Shown here piece after piece: positions 21,266 to 30,985 of a DNA stretch of 64,000 bases. The notes beneath the pieces are model-generated. The model was not told the DNA's origin and searched no databases. It saw only the letters and a list, made by a program, of their open reading frames with translations. The stretch's first letter is position 1. Each line of letters begins with the position of its first letter. Origin of the DNA: an uncultured bacterium (lineage in GTDB: Bacteria > Fidelibacterota > Marinisomatia > Marinisomatales > UBA1611); NCBI GenBank assembly GCA_965660855.1, contig CBFIBM010000001.1:224001-288000 (forward strand). Direction: 5' to 3'. The translations under genes were made by a program, and so were the position numbers.

Positions 21266-21337
21266 GTCTGTTTATTCATGTCTTTATAAGTAATATTAGT
21301 TGTTGTATTTTTCAATAATTTTATCTGAAGGCTTAAA

Positions 21338-21685
21338 ATGTTTTTAAAAAAAATAACAATATTATTTTTATTAATTGTTATCTGTTGTACTCATAATTAT
21401 GAACCTGTAATAACCTCTATCATTGCTGAACCAAATCCGGTACAAATCAATGGCTTAGTTTTTTTAGTTTGTAATGCAAAAGATGATGATACATCAAGCT
21501 CTATGAAAGATGAAGAGTTAACCTATGAATGGATTGCTGCATCAGGAGATATTTTAGTTGGTGAGAGTTTTGAAAATGCGACATGGGTAGCACCATCTGA
21601 ACCCGGAATATATTCGATCACTTGTAAGGTATTAGATCAATATAACGGCACAGATATTAAAACAATTAGTGTTGAAGTACAGTGA
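21338..21685 (+). CDS. Lipoprotein with PKD/Ig-like domain
   Basis: Lipobox-like IVICC; LTYEW...ATWVAPSEPGIYSITCKV. Confidence 0.65.
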   Translation: MFLKKITILFLLIVICCTHNYEPVITSIIAEPNPVQINGLVFLVCNAKDDDTSSSMKDEELTYEWIAASGDILVGESFENATWVAPSEPGIYSITCKVLDQYNGTDIKTISVEVQ

Positions 21686-22581
21686 AGAAAATCTTAAAGT
21701 CAAAATGGATATATTTAACAGTCTTAATCAATATAAGCTGTGAAATAGACAACAATCCAATTCAAATAATCCTCATGGAATCTAGTAGCTCTGAAGTATC
21801 TTCTAATGAAGTAGTTAAATTTTATGTTCAGGCTGTAGATGGAGATGGCGACAAACTTTCTTATAGTTGGGGCTCGTCCGGAGGTCAGTTTATGGTCCAA
21901 AGGGATACAGCTTATTGGACTGCTCCAAATCGAGGTGGGTTTTATAATATCACCTGTAAAGTATCAGATGGTGTTGGTTCATCTGATGCAAGTTCATTAT
22001 CGATAAAAGTTTTAGCTCTAGTACCTGTTCCAGTAAATGGGTTAGAATGGTTATTAGAAGATAATGGTCTTACAAATGGACCTAACACATCAAATGATGA
22101 TAAAAACGGAATAAATAATTTTTGGAATGGTCTTGCAGGAGATGCAGATTATGGATGGAATATTACTGCTCCAATTGAGGCAGCTAATGAAATATCACAA
22201 TCACTTCAATTTAAAGTTGAAGATAGTGCAAATTGTGGAGGATCCAATCCAGATGAACAGCGGGGGAAAGCAACAGCCGATATTCAAATTAATGGTGAAA
22301 CACCTGTTGTCTTAGATATAGATTTTTCTGGTATTGGTGAAGCCCAATCTGCAGGTTACGATTTGATTGAATTTAAGCTGAATGGATCTATAATAGGTAG
22401 TGGTCAAGCACCTGGTGGTGGACTAGGCTGTACTTCAGATTCGGTTACTGTAATCCCAGCAAACCAACAAACACTTAATCCTGGACCGCATAGCCTTATT
22501 ATTGATTTTACAACCAATGATGGTTTATTTCATGTAGATGCTTATTATGAAATAAAATTGAAACTAAGACTTGAAAATTAG
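21682..22581 (+). CDS. Lipoprotein, PKD/Ig-like N-domain + unknown beta-rich C-domain
   Basis: NISC lipobox; DGDKLSYSW...WTAPN...YNITCKVSDG. Confidence 0.65.
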   Translation: MKKILKSKWIYLTVLINISCEIDNNPIQIILMESSSSEVSSNEVVKFYVQAVDGDGDKLSYSWGSSGGQFMVQRDTAYWTAPNRGGFYNITCKVSDGVGSSDASSLSIKVLALVPVPVNGLEWLLEDNGLTNGPNTSNDDKNGINNFWNGLAGDADYGWNITAPIEAANEISQSLQFKVEDSANCGGSNPDEQRGKATADIQINGETPVVLDIDFSGIGEAQSAGYDLIEFKLNGSIIGSGQAPGGGLGCTSDSVTVIPANQQTLNPGPHSLIIDFTTNDGLFHVDAYYEIKLKLRLEN

Positions 22582-22589
22582 GTATTTAG

Positions 22590-23618
22590 TTGAATTTTAT
22601 TTTAAAATACTTCAACATTGTTTTATTTTTCTTTTTTGTTTTAATAATTCAAACAAGCTGTGAGCTTGAAAATAAACCTATTGAGATATTATCTTTAGAA
22701 TCAAGTGACTCAATCACAATTTCTGGAGATACCATCAAGCTATATGTGGAAGCATTTGATTACGATGGCGATAAAATATCCTATAGTTGGGATGCATCTG
22801 AAGGCCAATTTTTAGTAAAAAAAGATACTGCATTTTGGATTGCTCCAAACCAAAATGGATACTACAATATAACATGTAAAGTCTCTGATGGTGTTGGATC
22901 TTCAGATGCTAAGGCTGTTGGAATAAGGGTAGTCGGTAAAATTATTAAAGGACAAGTTTTAAATGCTATAGATGGAACTCCAATTTTTGGCGCTACAGTC
23001 AGTATTGACGATAATGATGGAATATCAGATGTGGAAGGTAATTATATTTTATTTATGGATTATGATCCAGGTGACCAATTTAGTTCTTTAGCTTCCAAGG
23101 ATCTTTTCTGCCCTTATGTTGGTTCATTTCTAATACCTAATGATTACTATGAAAATAAGTATACCTATAACTTATCTATGAGCCCTATACCGTCAGAAGG
23201 TGAAATTAGATTGGTACTCAATTGGGGGGCTGAGCCTAGAGATTTAGATTCTCATTTAAAAACACCTTTAATTGATGATGTTGAGTATCATATTTTGTAT
23301 AGTAATAAAGGGAGCTCTGATAGCGTACCTTTTGTAAAACTTGACATTGATGATACATCTGGGTTTGGTCCAGAAACATTTACAATATCTCAATTATTTG
23401 AGGGCAAATATTCGTATTATATATATCAATTCTCTGCAGACGCAACTTTATCAACTTCAAATGCTACAATTAATATTTACAATTCACCTGATTGCGAAGG
23501 AGAAACAATTATAGTCCCTAATTCTGGTATAGGGAGATATTGGTATGTTTGTGATATTGATGGTGGTACTGGAGCGATTGATGTTATAAATATAATTCAA
23601 GCTTCAGAGCCCAACTGA
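22590..23618 (+). CDS. Lipoprotein, PKD/Ig-like + carboxypeptidase-regulatory-like + YfaP/DUF2135-like domain
   Basis: QTSC lipobox; GQVLNAIDGTPIFGATV; LNWGAEPRDLDSHL...LDIDDTSGFGPET. Confidence 0.65.
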   Translation: MNFILKYFNIVLFFFFVLIIQTSCELENKPIEILSLESSDSITISGDTIKLYVEAFDYDGDKISYSWDASEGQFLVKKDTAFWIAPNQNGYYNITCKVSDGVGSSDAKAVGIRVVGKIIKGQVLNAIDGTPIFGATVSIDDNDGISDVEGNYILFMDYDPGDQFSSLASKDLFCPYVGSFLIPNDYYENKYTYNLSMSPIPSEGEIRLVLNWGAEPRDLDSHLKTPLIDDVEYHILYSNKGSSDSVPFVKLDIDDTSGFGPETFTISQLFEGKYSYYIYQFSADATLSTSNATINIYNSPDCEGETIIVPNSGIGRYWYVCDIDGGTGAIDVINIIQASEPN

Positions 23619-23657
23619 AATAAAGAATTCAATCAAATTAATTTTATAAAATTATTG

Positions 23658-23685
23658 TTGCAAAAAAGTATATTTTTTGTACATT
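23658..23685 (+). promoter_or_regulatory. Putative sigma70 promoter of csp gene
   Basis: TTGCAA-16 nt-TACATT about 85 nt upstream of the ATG. Confidence 0.4.
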
Positions 23686-23770
23686 CTGACCTCTTTATGA
23701 TAGAAGATGATCTTTTTCATCTATTTTTTATAAAAGAGATTAATAATAACAACAATAGGAATATAGTTTA

Positions 23771-23983
23771 ATGAGTGATACTAGAAAAGGAACGGTTAAG
23801 TGGTTCAATGATTCTAAAGGATATGGATTTCTTACACCGTCTGAAGGTGGTAAAGACCTTTTTGTTCACATGAGTGAAATCAAAATGGAAGGTTTTAAAA
23901 CGTTAAAAGAAGGACAAGAAGTAGAATATGAAGAGGGTGAAAGTGATAAAGGCCCTTGTGCGACTAACGTTCATCCACAGTAG
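23771..23983 (+). CDS. Cold-shock protein (CspA family)
   Basis: [18 protein letters not shown] (RNP1/RNP2). Confidence 0.95.
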   Translation: MSDTRKGTVKWFNDSKGYGFLTPSEGGKDLFVHMSEIKMEGFKTLKEGQEVEYEEGESDKGPCATNVHPQ

Positions 23984-24032
23984 AATATTAATCTTAGAAA
24001 ATTTTTTATTACATATTTTAAGGATATAATAA

Positions 24033-24347
24033 ATGTTTTACGAAGATATTAATATTACAAAAAGAAAGACAATCACCAATGGTGCGAAGTATGACTTTTT
24101 TATTTACGACATGATGTCTCTAGAAAAAGAAATTTCTAAAGGAAAGTTCGGAAAAGGAGATACCACTATTAGTAGATTTAAAAATTACAAAATGCTTGAT
24201 GATGAAACTGGTGAGATGCTTGACGTGAAGATAAGATGCTCAAAAAGGATAGATGATGCTCTTGATGGGCTTGACCCCACGGAAAGTAAAAAAGTATTAG
24301 ACAAATGTCTAAAAGAGTTAGAAAATAGAGGTCTTGTTAAACAATAA
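24033..24347 (+). CDS. Hypothetical protein
   Basis: 104-aa ORF with AAGGA RBS, followed by a terminator. Confidence 0.6.
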   Translation: MFYEDINITKRKTITNGAKYDFFIYDMMSLEKEISKGKFGKGDTTISRFKNYKMLDDETGEMLDVKIRCSKRIDDALDGLDPTESKKVLDKCLKELENRGLVKQ

Positions 24348-24376
24348 TTAAGATTTTAAGTTCTACCAAGTACTTT

Positions 24377-24412
24377 AACAAAAACCCTTGTATTAACAAG
24401 GGTTTTTGTTTT
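24377..24412. terminator. Intrinsic terminator (potentially bidirectional)
   Basis: Perfect 15-bp inverted repeat AACAAAAACCCTTGT-atta-ACAAGGGTTTTTGTT. Confidence 0.85.
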
Positions 24413-24547
24413 CCAAAAATACCGAATTTTATTAATTTTTTTTTATATAATATTAGTCAGTTTGTGTAAGTTTTGACTTACAGATTGCGATAATATTTTA
24501 AAATCTTGCTCAAATATTAGTTTTTTTAAATACTAAAAGATTTTTTT

Positions 24548-24636
24548 GGAGGGGTGGCAGAGCCTGGCTGATTGCACTAGTCTTGAAAACTAGCAAGGGT
24601 TAATACCCTTCGGGGGTTCGAATCCCTCCCCCTCCG
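24548..24636 (+). tRNA. tRNA-Ser(TGA)
   Basis: GGAGGGG/CCCCTCC acceptor, anticodon arm CTAGT-CTTGAAA-ACTAG, long variable arm; CCA not encoded. Confidence 0.95.
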
Positions 24637-24858
24637 CACCTTATTTTAGATGTTTCTCCTTGACAAACTCTCTTTTACAGCATTTTTAATTTTTAAATAT
24701 TCTACGAGGATCTATGTTATTCGGGAACATTAAAGGAACATTAAGGGAACATTGTGACCCCCAACGCTTTTTAAAATTTGTTAAAGTTGGGAGTTTAAAT
24801 TTCAAGTAATGCTGTAAGACACATTGAATATTTATCTTAACTTGATTATTATTAATCT

Positions 24859-25098
24859 ATGTTTAATTATATTATTTTAATTGTATCTTTTTCATTATTT
24901 AGTTGCGTCGATATTACTTATAACCTGAATAGTAATGACAAAACGCTAGTTTTAACTTATTTGGAAGAAAGTAAGTGCGTTGAGGAAGCAATATTTAGTG
25001 AGGCTTAAGTTATTATGGATTCTGCAGATTGCATTTTTGAAGGAAACACTTGGTATCCTGAATGCATATCGAAACTAACATACTTAAAAGAACAATAA
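24859..25098 (+). pseudogene. Degraded lipoprotein gene (premature TAA at 25006-25008)
   Basis: MFNYIILIVSFSLFSC...LTYLEESKCVEEAIFSEA*VIMDSADCIFEGNTWYPECISKLTYLKEQ*; the final TAA overlaps the next ATG (TAATG). Confidence 0.5.
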
Positions 25099-25538
25099 TG
25101 TTTAAAAAATATATATCAATTGTTATATTGTGTTTTTTTTTCAGTAGCTGCGCTGACTCAATTTTAGATAGTAGTAGTGACATCATAATTGAAAACAACA
25201 TTTCTATAATTGGTACATGGACATCTTCAGATTGGTGCATATACGAAGATTTTACCTGTTCAGGAAATTGCGTTGGTGGAACCTTTGCAGATTTATGGAT
25301 TTCAGCTGAAAATATAGATCCTCTTTTTACAATTACATTCTCTGAAGATAGCACAGCTCAGTGGAAAGCATTATATGATGATGACATTTCCGATCTTGTT
25401 TTTTCAAAAAATTTGGATGACTCATATAGCCTAATTGCGGATGCGAATGATATTTTTCAAGTAAAACTGTCAAATTCTAATATGCTATTATACTGGCTCG
25501 AAGATGATAGGTGTATAGAATATACTTTAACTAAATAA
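25098..25538 (+). CDS. Lipoprotein (lipocalin-like, IIGTW motif)
   Basis: Start re-called to ATG 25098 (MFKKYISIVILCFFFSSC lipobox). Confidence 0.6.
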   Translation: MFKKYISIVILCFFFSSCADSILDSSSDIIIENNISIIGTWTSSDWCIYEDFTCSGNCVGGTFADLWISAENIDPLFTITFSEDSTAQWKALYDDDISDLVFSKNLDDSYSLIADANDIFQVKLSNSNMLLYWLEDDRCIEYTLTK

Positions 25539-25576
25539 TATCAAGTTTTTCTTTAAATTATATTTATTAGGTTATT

Positions 25577-26701
25577 ATGAAAAATTTATTATTAATCATA
25601 TTTTTATTGGTTTTTGCTTGTAATGGTACCAAACCTGTTGATGTATCAAATCTTGTTGAAAGAGGGGGATTGACCTATTACTATCAATATCATTCTTTTT
25701 TTAAAGGAGACGGTGTTAAAGTCCCCGATAATCCTTTTAGTGGAAAAGCTATTAAGTATTATCCAACTGGTGAAGTTCAGTTAAAAGGAATATTTAAAAA
25801 TGGGATACTTATTCAGAGTTCCTATTTGGATGTATATGGTAATATTTTGGAAAGCATGGAAATAAATGGAGATACTACAATATCTATCGAATGGTACAGC
25901 AATGGACTAAAAAGATGGGAGAATAGAACAATAGATGGTAACAGTGTTTTTATTAATAGATGGCATGAAGATGGAATGAAACGTAAAGAACCTTTTAAAT
26001 GGGAAAAGGAAGCACTTGAAAATGACGATTCTAACTTTGAAGGGGAAAGGACTCTCCATTATATCATAAAGAAACCATTATATAATGCAGAAAAACAAGA
26101 TGTTTTATTTTTCATGCATGGACACACTGAAAATTTATGGAACTATCAAGATCCTATAATAAATCAGTTTGGTGATAATTATTTTACCGTAATTCTCCAA
26201 GCTCCTTACGAATTATGGATAACCTCTAATAAGTTTACATGGTTTGACTTTAGATCTTCTAATTTTTTTGATGACTTTACAGCTAATGAAGAGCAATTAA
26301 ATGTTACTTTAGAAAAAGTATTGTTTAGTATTGATAAAATTATTGAAAAAGAAAACATTAATCCTAAAAGGGTATTTGTTGGTGGCCATAGCCAAGGTGG
26401 AATCATGGCATGTAAATTAGCGTTAGAATATCCTGATGTAATAGATGGTTTTATTGCTCACAATACTTTTTTACCCAATGTTTATCAAACAAAAAAAGAT
26501 AAAACTAAATATTCTTCGTTGAGAGGGTTAGTAATCAATGGTGAATACGATAAAAGAATAGATCCAATTAATTCAAAAAAAATAGCAAATACATTTATTG
26601 AGTTAGGGGTAAATATAAAATCAAAAGAATTGAAAATGGGTCATGAGTTTCCAAAATCATCAAGAGGTGTGATTAACGATTGGATGTCTCAAAATAATTA
26701 A
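25577..26701 (+). CDS. Lipoprotein: MORN/YwqK-like repeat + alpha/beta hydrolase (esterase)
   Basis: VFAC lipobox; YYPTGEV and WYSNG repeats; FMHG, GHSQGG nucleophile elbow, GEYD, MGHE. Confidence 0.75.
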   Translation: MKNLLLIIFLLVFACNGTKPVDVSNLVERGGLTYYYQYHSFFKGDGVKVPDNPFSGKAIKYYPTGEVQLKGIFKNGILIQSSYLDVYGNILESMEINGDTTISIEWYSNGLKRWENRTIDGNSVFINRWHEDGMKRKEPFKWEKEALENDDSNFEGERTLHYIIKKPLYNAEKQDVLFFMHGHTENLWNYQDPIINQFGDNYFTVILQAPYELWITSNKFTWFDFRSSNFFDDFTANEEQLNVTLEKVLFSIDKIIEKENINPKRVFVGGHSQGGIMACKLALEYPDVIDGFIAHNTFLPNVYQTKKDKTKYSSLRGLVINGEYDKRIDPINSKKIANTFIELGVNIKSKELKMGHEFPKSSRGVINDWMSQNN

Positions 26702-26948
26702 TGTTTAGGTATTTTTTGTTTAAAAAATGGGAACACTAAGGGAATACCAAAACATGATTTTTAGATAGGGAGAACAAGGGTTCGAATCCCTCCACCTCCG
26801 CGAATTCTTACATATTTCCAATGAAAAAATAAAAGCTATAAGGTTTGAGATTCAGTTAATTATTTAACTTTTCAAGTTAAATAATAATCCTTATCCATTA
26901 TTTTTTTTATTTATGATATGATAGTTAAATTTTAATAATAAGGTTGTT

Positions 26949-27353
26949 ATGAAAATTTTAGAACAATTCATTCATTTTTGTATTGTATGTTGGACTCTTG
27001 CAGGTATAGGAGCTATAAATTCAGCTTTAAACTTTCCTCCACAAAGTTATGAAGGAATTTTTTATTTTATTTTTTTTTTATTGTTAGGAATTATAGGAAA
27101 ATATATTACCGCAGTCATTTATTATGATATTAGATCCTATTTATCAATTTTATTAGCAATATTTTTTTATTTACCTAACTTCCTAGGATTACTATATATA
27201 AAAAATTTTTTTTTTAGTGTATTTATTCTTACTTTATCAGTCTTAGTCATAAATAAGCTGTTATCAAAAAATTTACTTAAATGGAAAAATATTTTTACAT
27301 TTCGATTTTTTTATAGATCTTATTTCGAATTAAAAAAAGTATTAAAAAAATAA
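26949..27353 (+). CDS. Hypothetical membrane protein
   Basis: 134 aa, about 4 hydrophobic segments, AGG RBS. Confidence 0.5.
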   Translation: MKILEQFIHFCIVCWTLAGIGAINSALNFPPQSYEGIFYFIFFLLLGIIGKYITAVIYYDIRSYLSILLAIFFYLPNFLGLLYIKNFFFSVFILTLSVLVINKLLSKNLLKWKNIFTFRFFYRSYFELKKVLKK

Positions 27354-27524
27354 TTTTAAACTTTATCAAGAAAATTAAAAACTATAATTATTCCTCAATG
27401 TTCTTGTTTTAAAACTTCTTAAATATTAGGAGCAAATGTAATATTAATTTAAGTTTTATATTGAGTTTCGCAGTAAAATTCACCTTTTTAAGTTTAACTT
27501 TATTTAATCAAAACACTACATAAT

Positions 27525-29552
27525 ATGAAAAATCCCAACTCATTTCTTTCAGAAAATAACCAACCTTTTGGTACTGTCCCTTTCAATAAAATAGAAACAA
27601 AATATTTTATCCCAGCTATCAAAGCTGGTATAAATGAAGCTGTCGAAAATATTAAAATAATTGTCCAAAACTCAGAGTTAGCAACTTTTGAAAATACAAT
27701 TTTGCCTCTTGAATTATCTTCAGAAAAACTTGATAATGTAAGCAGAGTTTATTTTCATCTTTTTGGCTCAGAATCAGATGAAGAATTTCAGAAATTAGCA
27801 TCTGAAATCAGTCCAATGTTGGCAAACCACACCAATGATATTATGCTTGATGAAAAATTATTTGAAAAAGTCAAATTTGTTTTCCAAAACCTAGTGACTA
27901 TAAAAGATGAGCAGGATAAGAAATTAACTGAGGTATGGTATAGTGAGTTTATAAGAAATGGAGCAAACCTTGATAAAAATCAAAAAATACAGCTTCGAAA
28001 ACTTGATGAGCAACTTTCTACTTTATCACCAAAATTTCAAAATAATAATCTAAAGGCTACAAACTCATTTGAGTTGTGGTTAAGAGATTCAGACTTATCA
28101 GGCTTGCCTAAAAGTGTTCTTGATAATGCGAAAAATGAAGCTATCTCAAAAGGTCAACCAGAAAAATGGCTGATAACATTGCAAGCGCCAAGTTTTTTAC
28201 CTTTTTTGACATTCTCAGACAACCGAGAATTAAGGAAAAAAATTATGTTAGCTAATGCTCAAAAATGTAATGGTGGTGAGTATGATAATACATCAATTTT
28301 AAAAAAAATTGTTAAGCTTAAACATCAAAGAGCAAACCTATTAGGTTATGAAAATTTTGCAGACTATATACTCGAAAAAAGAATGGCTAACAGTCAAAAA
28401 ATGATTTATCAATTACTAGATGACCTTTATGATTCATGTATTGAGTTAGCTAAAAAAGATTTAGAAAAAGTTGGAAATCTCGCTTTCGAGTTAGACGGAA
28501 TAGATGATTTACAACGATGGGATTTTGACTATTACAGTGAAAAATTGAAAAAAAGAATATATGATTTTAATGATGATGAACTTCGACCATATTTCAATTC
28601 TGATAATGTTATAAATGGAGTATTTGAAATAGCTAAACGGCTTTATGGGTTGGATTTTAAACTACTTGAAAATATTGATGTTTATCATGAAGATGTAAAA
28701 GTCTATGAAGTGACTTCAAATGAAGGTGATCATATAGGGATTCTCTATGAGGACTTATTCCCAAGGTCAACTAAAAGATCAGGTGCGTGGATGAATGAAC
28801 TTCGTTCTCAAGGAATGTATAGTGATGGTCTCAGAAGACCTCACGTCACTTTTACTTGTAATCTTACAAAGCCGACACCTGATAAACCTTCTTTATTAAC
28901 TCTCAGGGAAGTTGAGACAATTTTTCATGAATTTGGACACTGTCTACATGGATTACTTTCTGATTCAAAATATACATCAATAGGTGGAACATCTGTTTAT
29001 TGGGACTTTGTTGAACTTCCATCACAAATAATGGAAAATTGGGTAGTTGAAAAAGAGGCACTTCAATTATTCGCAAAACATTATAAAACAAACCAAACGA
29101 TTCCTGACCAATTAATAGATAAAATTAAAAATTCTAAAAAATTTCTTTCAGCTACTGCATGCCTAAGACAACTTTCCCTAGGCTATCTTGATATGGCTTG
29201 GTACGGCAAAGATAATGAAGTCGATGATGTTGAAAAATTTGAAAAAACCTCTGTAAGTAAGGCAGTCTTACTTCCAACTATTCCTGGAGCTTCAATCTCA
29301 TGTAGTTTTGGACATATTTTTGCAGGTGGATACTCTGCTGGTTATTATTCTTACAAATGGGCTGAAGTATTGGAAGCAGATGCATTCGAAAAGTTCAAAG
29401 AGGAAGGCATTTTTAACCAAGAAACTTCAAAAGCATTTCGTGATAATATTTTATCTAAAGGAAATCAAAAACACCCTATGGAACTATTTAAAGCTTTCAG
29501 AGGAAGAGAGCCAAAAATAGAAGCTTTATTGAAAAGAGAGGGCTTAAAATAA
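27525..29552 (+). CDS. M3 family metallopeptidase (peptidyl-dipeptidase Dcp/oligopeptidase A)
   Basis: FHEFGHCLH, DFVELPSQ, GYSAGYYSYKWAE, FRGREP. Confidence 0.92.
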   Translation: MKNPNSFLSENNQPFGTVPFNKIETKYFIPAIKAGINEAVENIKIIVQNSELATFENTILPLELSSEKLDNVSRVYFHLFGSESDEEFQKLASEISPMLANHTNDIMLDEKLFEKVKFVFQNLVTIKDEQDKKLTEVWYSEFIRNGANLDKNQKIQLRKLDEQLSTLSPKFQNNNLKATNSFELWLRDSDLSGLPKSVLDNAKNEAISKGQPEKWLITLQAPSFLPFLTFSDNRELRKKIMLANAQKCNGGEYDNTSILKKIVKLKHQRANLLGYENFADYILEKRMANSQKMIYQLLDDLYDSCIELAKKDLEKVGNLAFELDGIDDLQRWDFDYYSEKLKKRIYDFNDDELRPYFNSDNVINGVFEIAKRLYGLDFKLLENIDVYHEDVKVYEVTSNEGDHIGILYEDLFPRSTKRSGAWMNELRSQGMYSDGLRRPHVTFTCNLTKPTPDKPSLLTLREVETIFHEFGHCLHGLLSDSKYTSIGGTSVYWDFVELPSQIMENWVVEKEALQLFAKHYKTNQTIPDQLIDKIKNSKKFLSATACLRQLSLGYLDMAWYGKDNEVDDVEKFEKTSVSKAVLLPTIPGASISCSFGHIFAGGYSAGYYSYKWAEVLEADAFEKFKEEGIFNQETSKAFRDNILSKGNQKHPMELFKAFRGREPKIEALLKREGLK

Positions 29553-29566
29553 AAAATAAATCATCC

Positions 29567-30985
29567 ATGGGTTGCCGTGTTAGGTTTGCTCCAAGTCCAA
29601 CTGGACAGCTTCATATTGGTGGTGCAAGAACAGCACTTTCGAATTATTTGTTCGCAAAGCAAAATAATGGAAAATTTCTATTAAGAATTGAAGATACTGA
29701 TCTAGAAAGATCAAAAAAACAATACGTAGATCAAATTTGTGATTCCCTAAAATGGCTAGGGCTAAAATGGGATGAGAAAATGGTGTTTCAATCGTCAAAT
29801 ACTAGTTCTTACAGGAAAGCTGTCGACTACTTAATAAGAACTGAGAAGGCTTACTATTGCTTTGAAACAAAAGAAGAATCCGTTATTCACAGACAAAAAA
29901 CAGGTTCTTTTAGGTATTCGGGAAAATGGAGGAGTGCCGATAAAAATCTCATAAATGAAAGTTTAGAAAAAAAAATTCCCTTCACTGTCAGGTTTTACAA
30001 CAAAAATAAAGATTATACAATTTTCAATGATCTTATATATGGACAAATAAGAAATAAAAATTCAGAATTAGATGATTTTATAATTGTACGATCTGATGGT
30101 ACTCCAGTCTATAATTTGACCAATGTAATAGATGATAATAATATGAATATTTCACATGTTATTAGAGGAGAGGACCATATAGCAAATACCTCTAAGCAAA
30201 TTCTTTTATATGATGCTTTAAAATATCAATTACCAGTTTTTGCCCATTTACCGATGATATTGGGACCTGACAAAAAAAGATTGAGTAAAAGACATGGTGC
30301 TATGGGGGTCAAGAGTTATAGCGAGAGAGGTTATCAACCAGAGTCTCTAATAAACTATCTTGCATTGCTGGGATGGAATCCTGGGACAGAAGAAGAAATT
30401 ATGAATAAAGATCGACTTATTAAAATATTCGATCTATCAAAAGTTCAAAGAAAGAGTGCAATCTTTGATTTAAAAAAATTAAATTGGATGAGTGGTCAGT
30501 ATTTAAAAAATCAAAAAAATTCTGAAATTCTATTGAGAATCAGAAAAATAAATGAACTCTGGGGAATAGAAAAAAATAATAAATATTGCGAAAAAATCAT
30601 TGAATTGAATAAAGTGCGATCTGATTCATTAATAGATTTAATTGCAAATTCAGAATACTTTTTTAATGACCCTAAAATTGAGCGCGAAAATGATTTTCAA
30701 AAACTAATAAACAAAGATTCCATTGATCTAATCAGAAAATATTTAATAGCTTTAGAAAAGATTCAACATTGGAATATTGAAAGCATTGAAAACAAATCAA
30801 AAGACTTTATGCAAGATAATCAAATTGGTTTTGGTAAATTAATGAAACCTATTCGTTTTATTTTATGTGGAGCATTGAAAGGTGCTTCTATTTTCCACAT
30901 AATAATGTGCTTAGGTAAAGAAAAAACAATTTTTAGATTGAAGAAGGTTTTATTAATTAATTTTGATAAAGAAAGTAATGAATAA
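29567..30985 (+). CDS. gltX: Glutamate--tRNA ligase
   Basis: RFAPSPTG, HIGG, RIEDTD, IRGEDH, LSKR. Confidence 0.95.
   Translation: MGCRVRFAPSPTGQLHIGGARTALSNYLFAKQNNGKFLLRIEDTDLERSKKQYVDQICDSLKWLGLKWDEKMVFQSSNTSSYRKAVDYLIRTEKAYYCFETKEESVIHRQKTGSFRYSGKWRSADKNLINESLEKKIPFTVRFYNKNKDYTIFNDLIYGQIRNKNSELDDFIIVRSDGTPVYNLTNVIDDNNMNISHVIRGEDHIANTSKQILLYDALKYQLPVFAHLPMILGPDKKRLSKRHGAMGVKSYSERGYQPESLINYLALLGWNPGTEEEIMNKDRLIKIFDLSKVQRKSAIFDLKKLNWMSGQYLKNQKNSEILLRIRKINELWGIEKNNKYCEKIIELNKVRSDSLIDLIANSEYFFNDPKIERENDFQKLINKDSIDLIRKYLIALEKIQHWNIESIENKSKDFMQDNQIGFGKLMKPIRFILCGALKGASIFHIIMCLGKEKTIFRLKKVLLINFDKESNE

Larger units (their letters stand above)
24614..26801. mobile_element. tRNA-Ser-integrated mini-island flanked by att direct repeats; no integrase inside
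   Basis: 24614-24637 GGGTTCGAATCCCTCCCCCTCCGC vs 26778-26801 GGGTTCGAATCCCTCCACCTCCGC (23/24 identical); GGAACA-type repeats inside both ends. Confidence 0.8.

Noticed and set aside
24548..24636. tRNA with TGA in the anticodon loop as tRNA-Sec or opal suppressor
   Set aside because: Anticodon UGA reads UCA (Ser); tRNA-Sec needs anticodon UCA and a longer acceptor stem. No selA/B/C/D was seen in this window.
25006..25008. In-frame stop in the 24859 ORF as recoding
   Set aside because: It is TAA, not at a catalytic motif, and lies in a decaying island; pseudogenisation is more likely.
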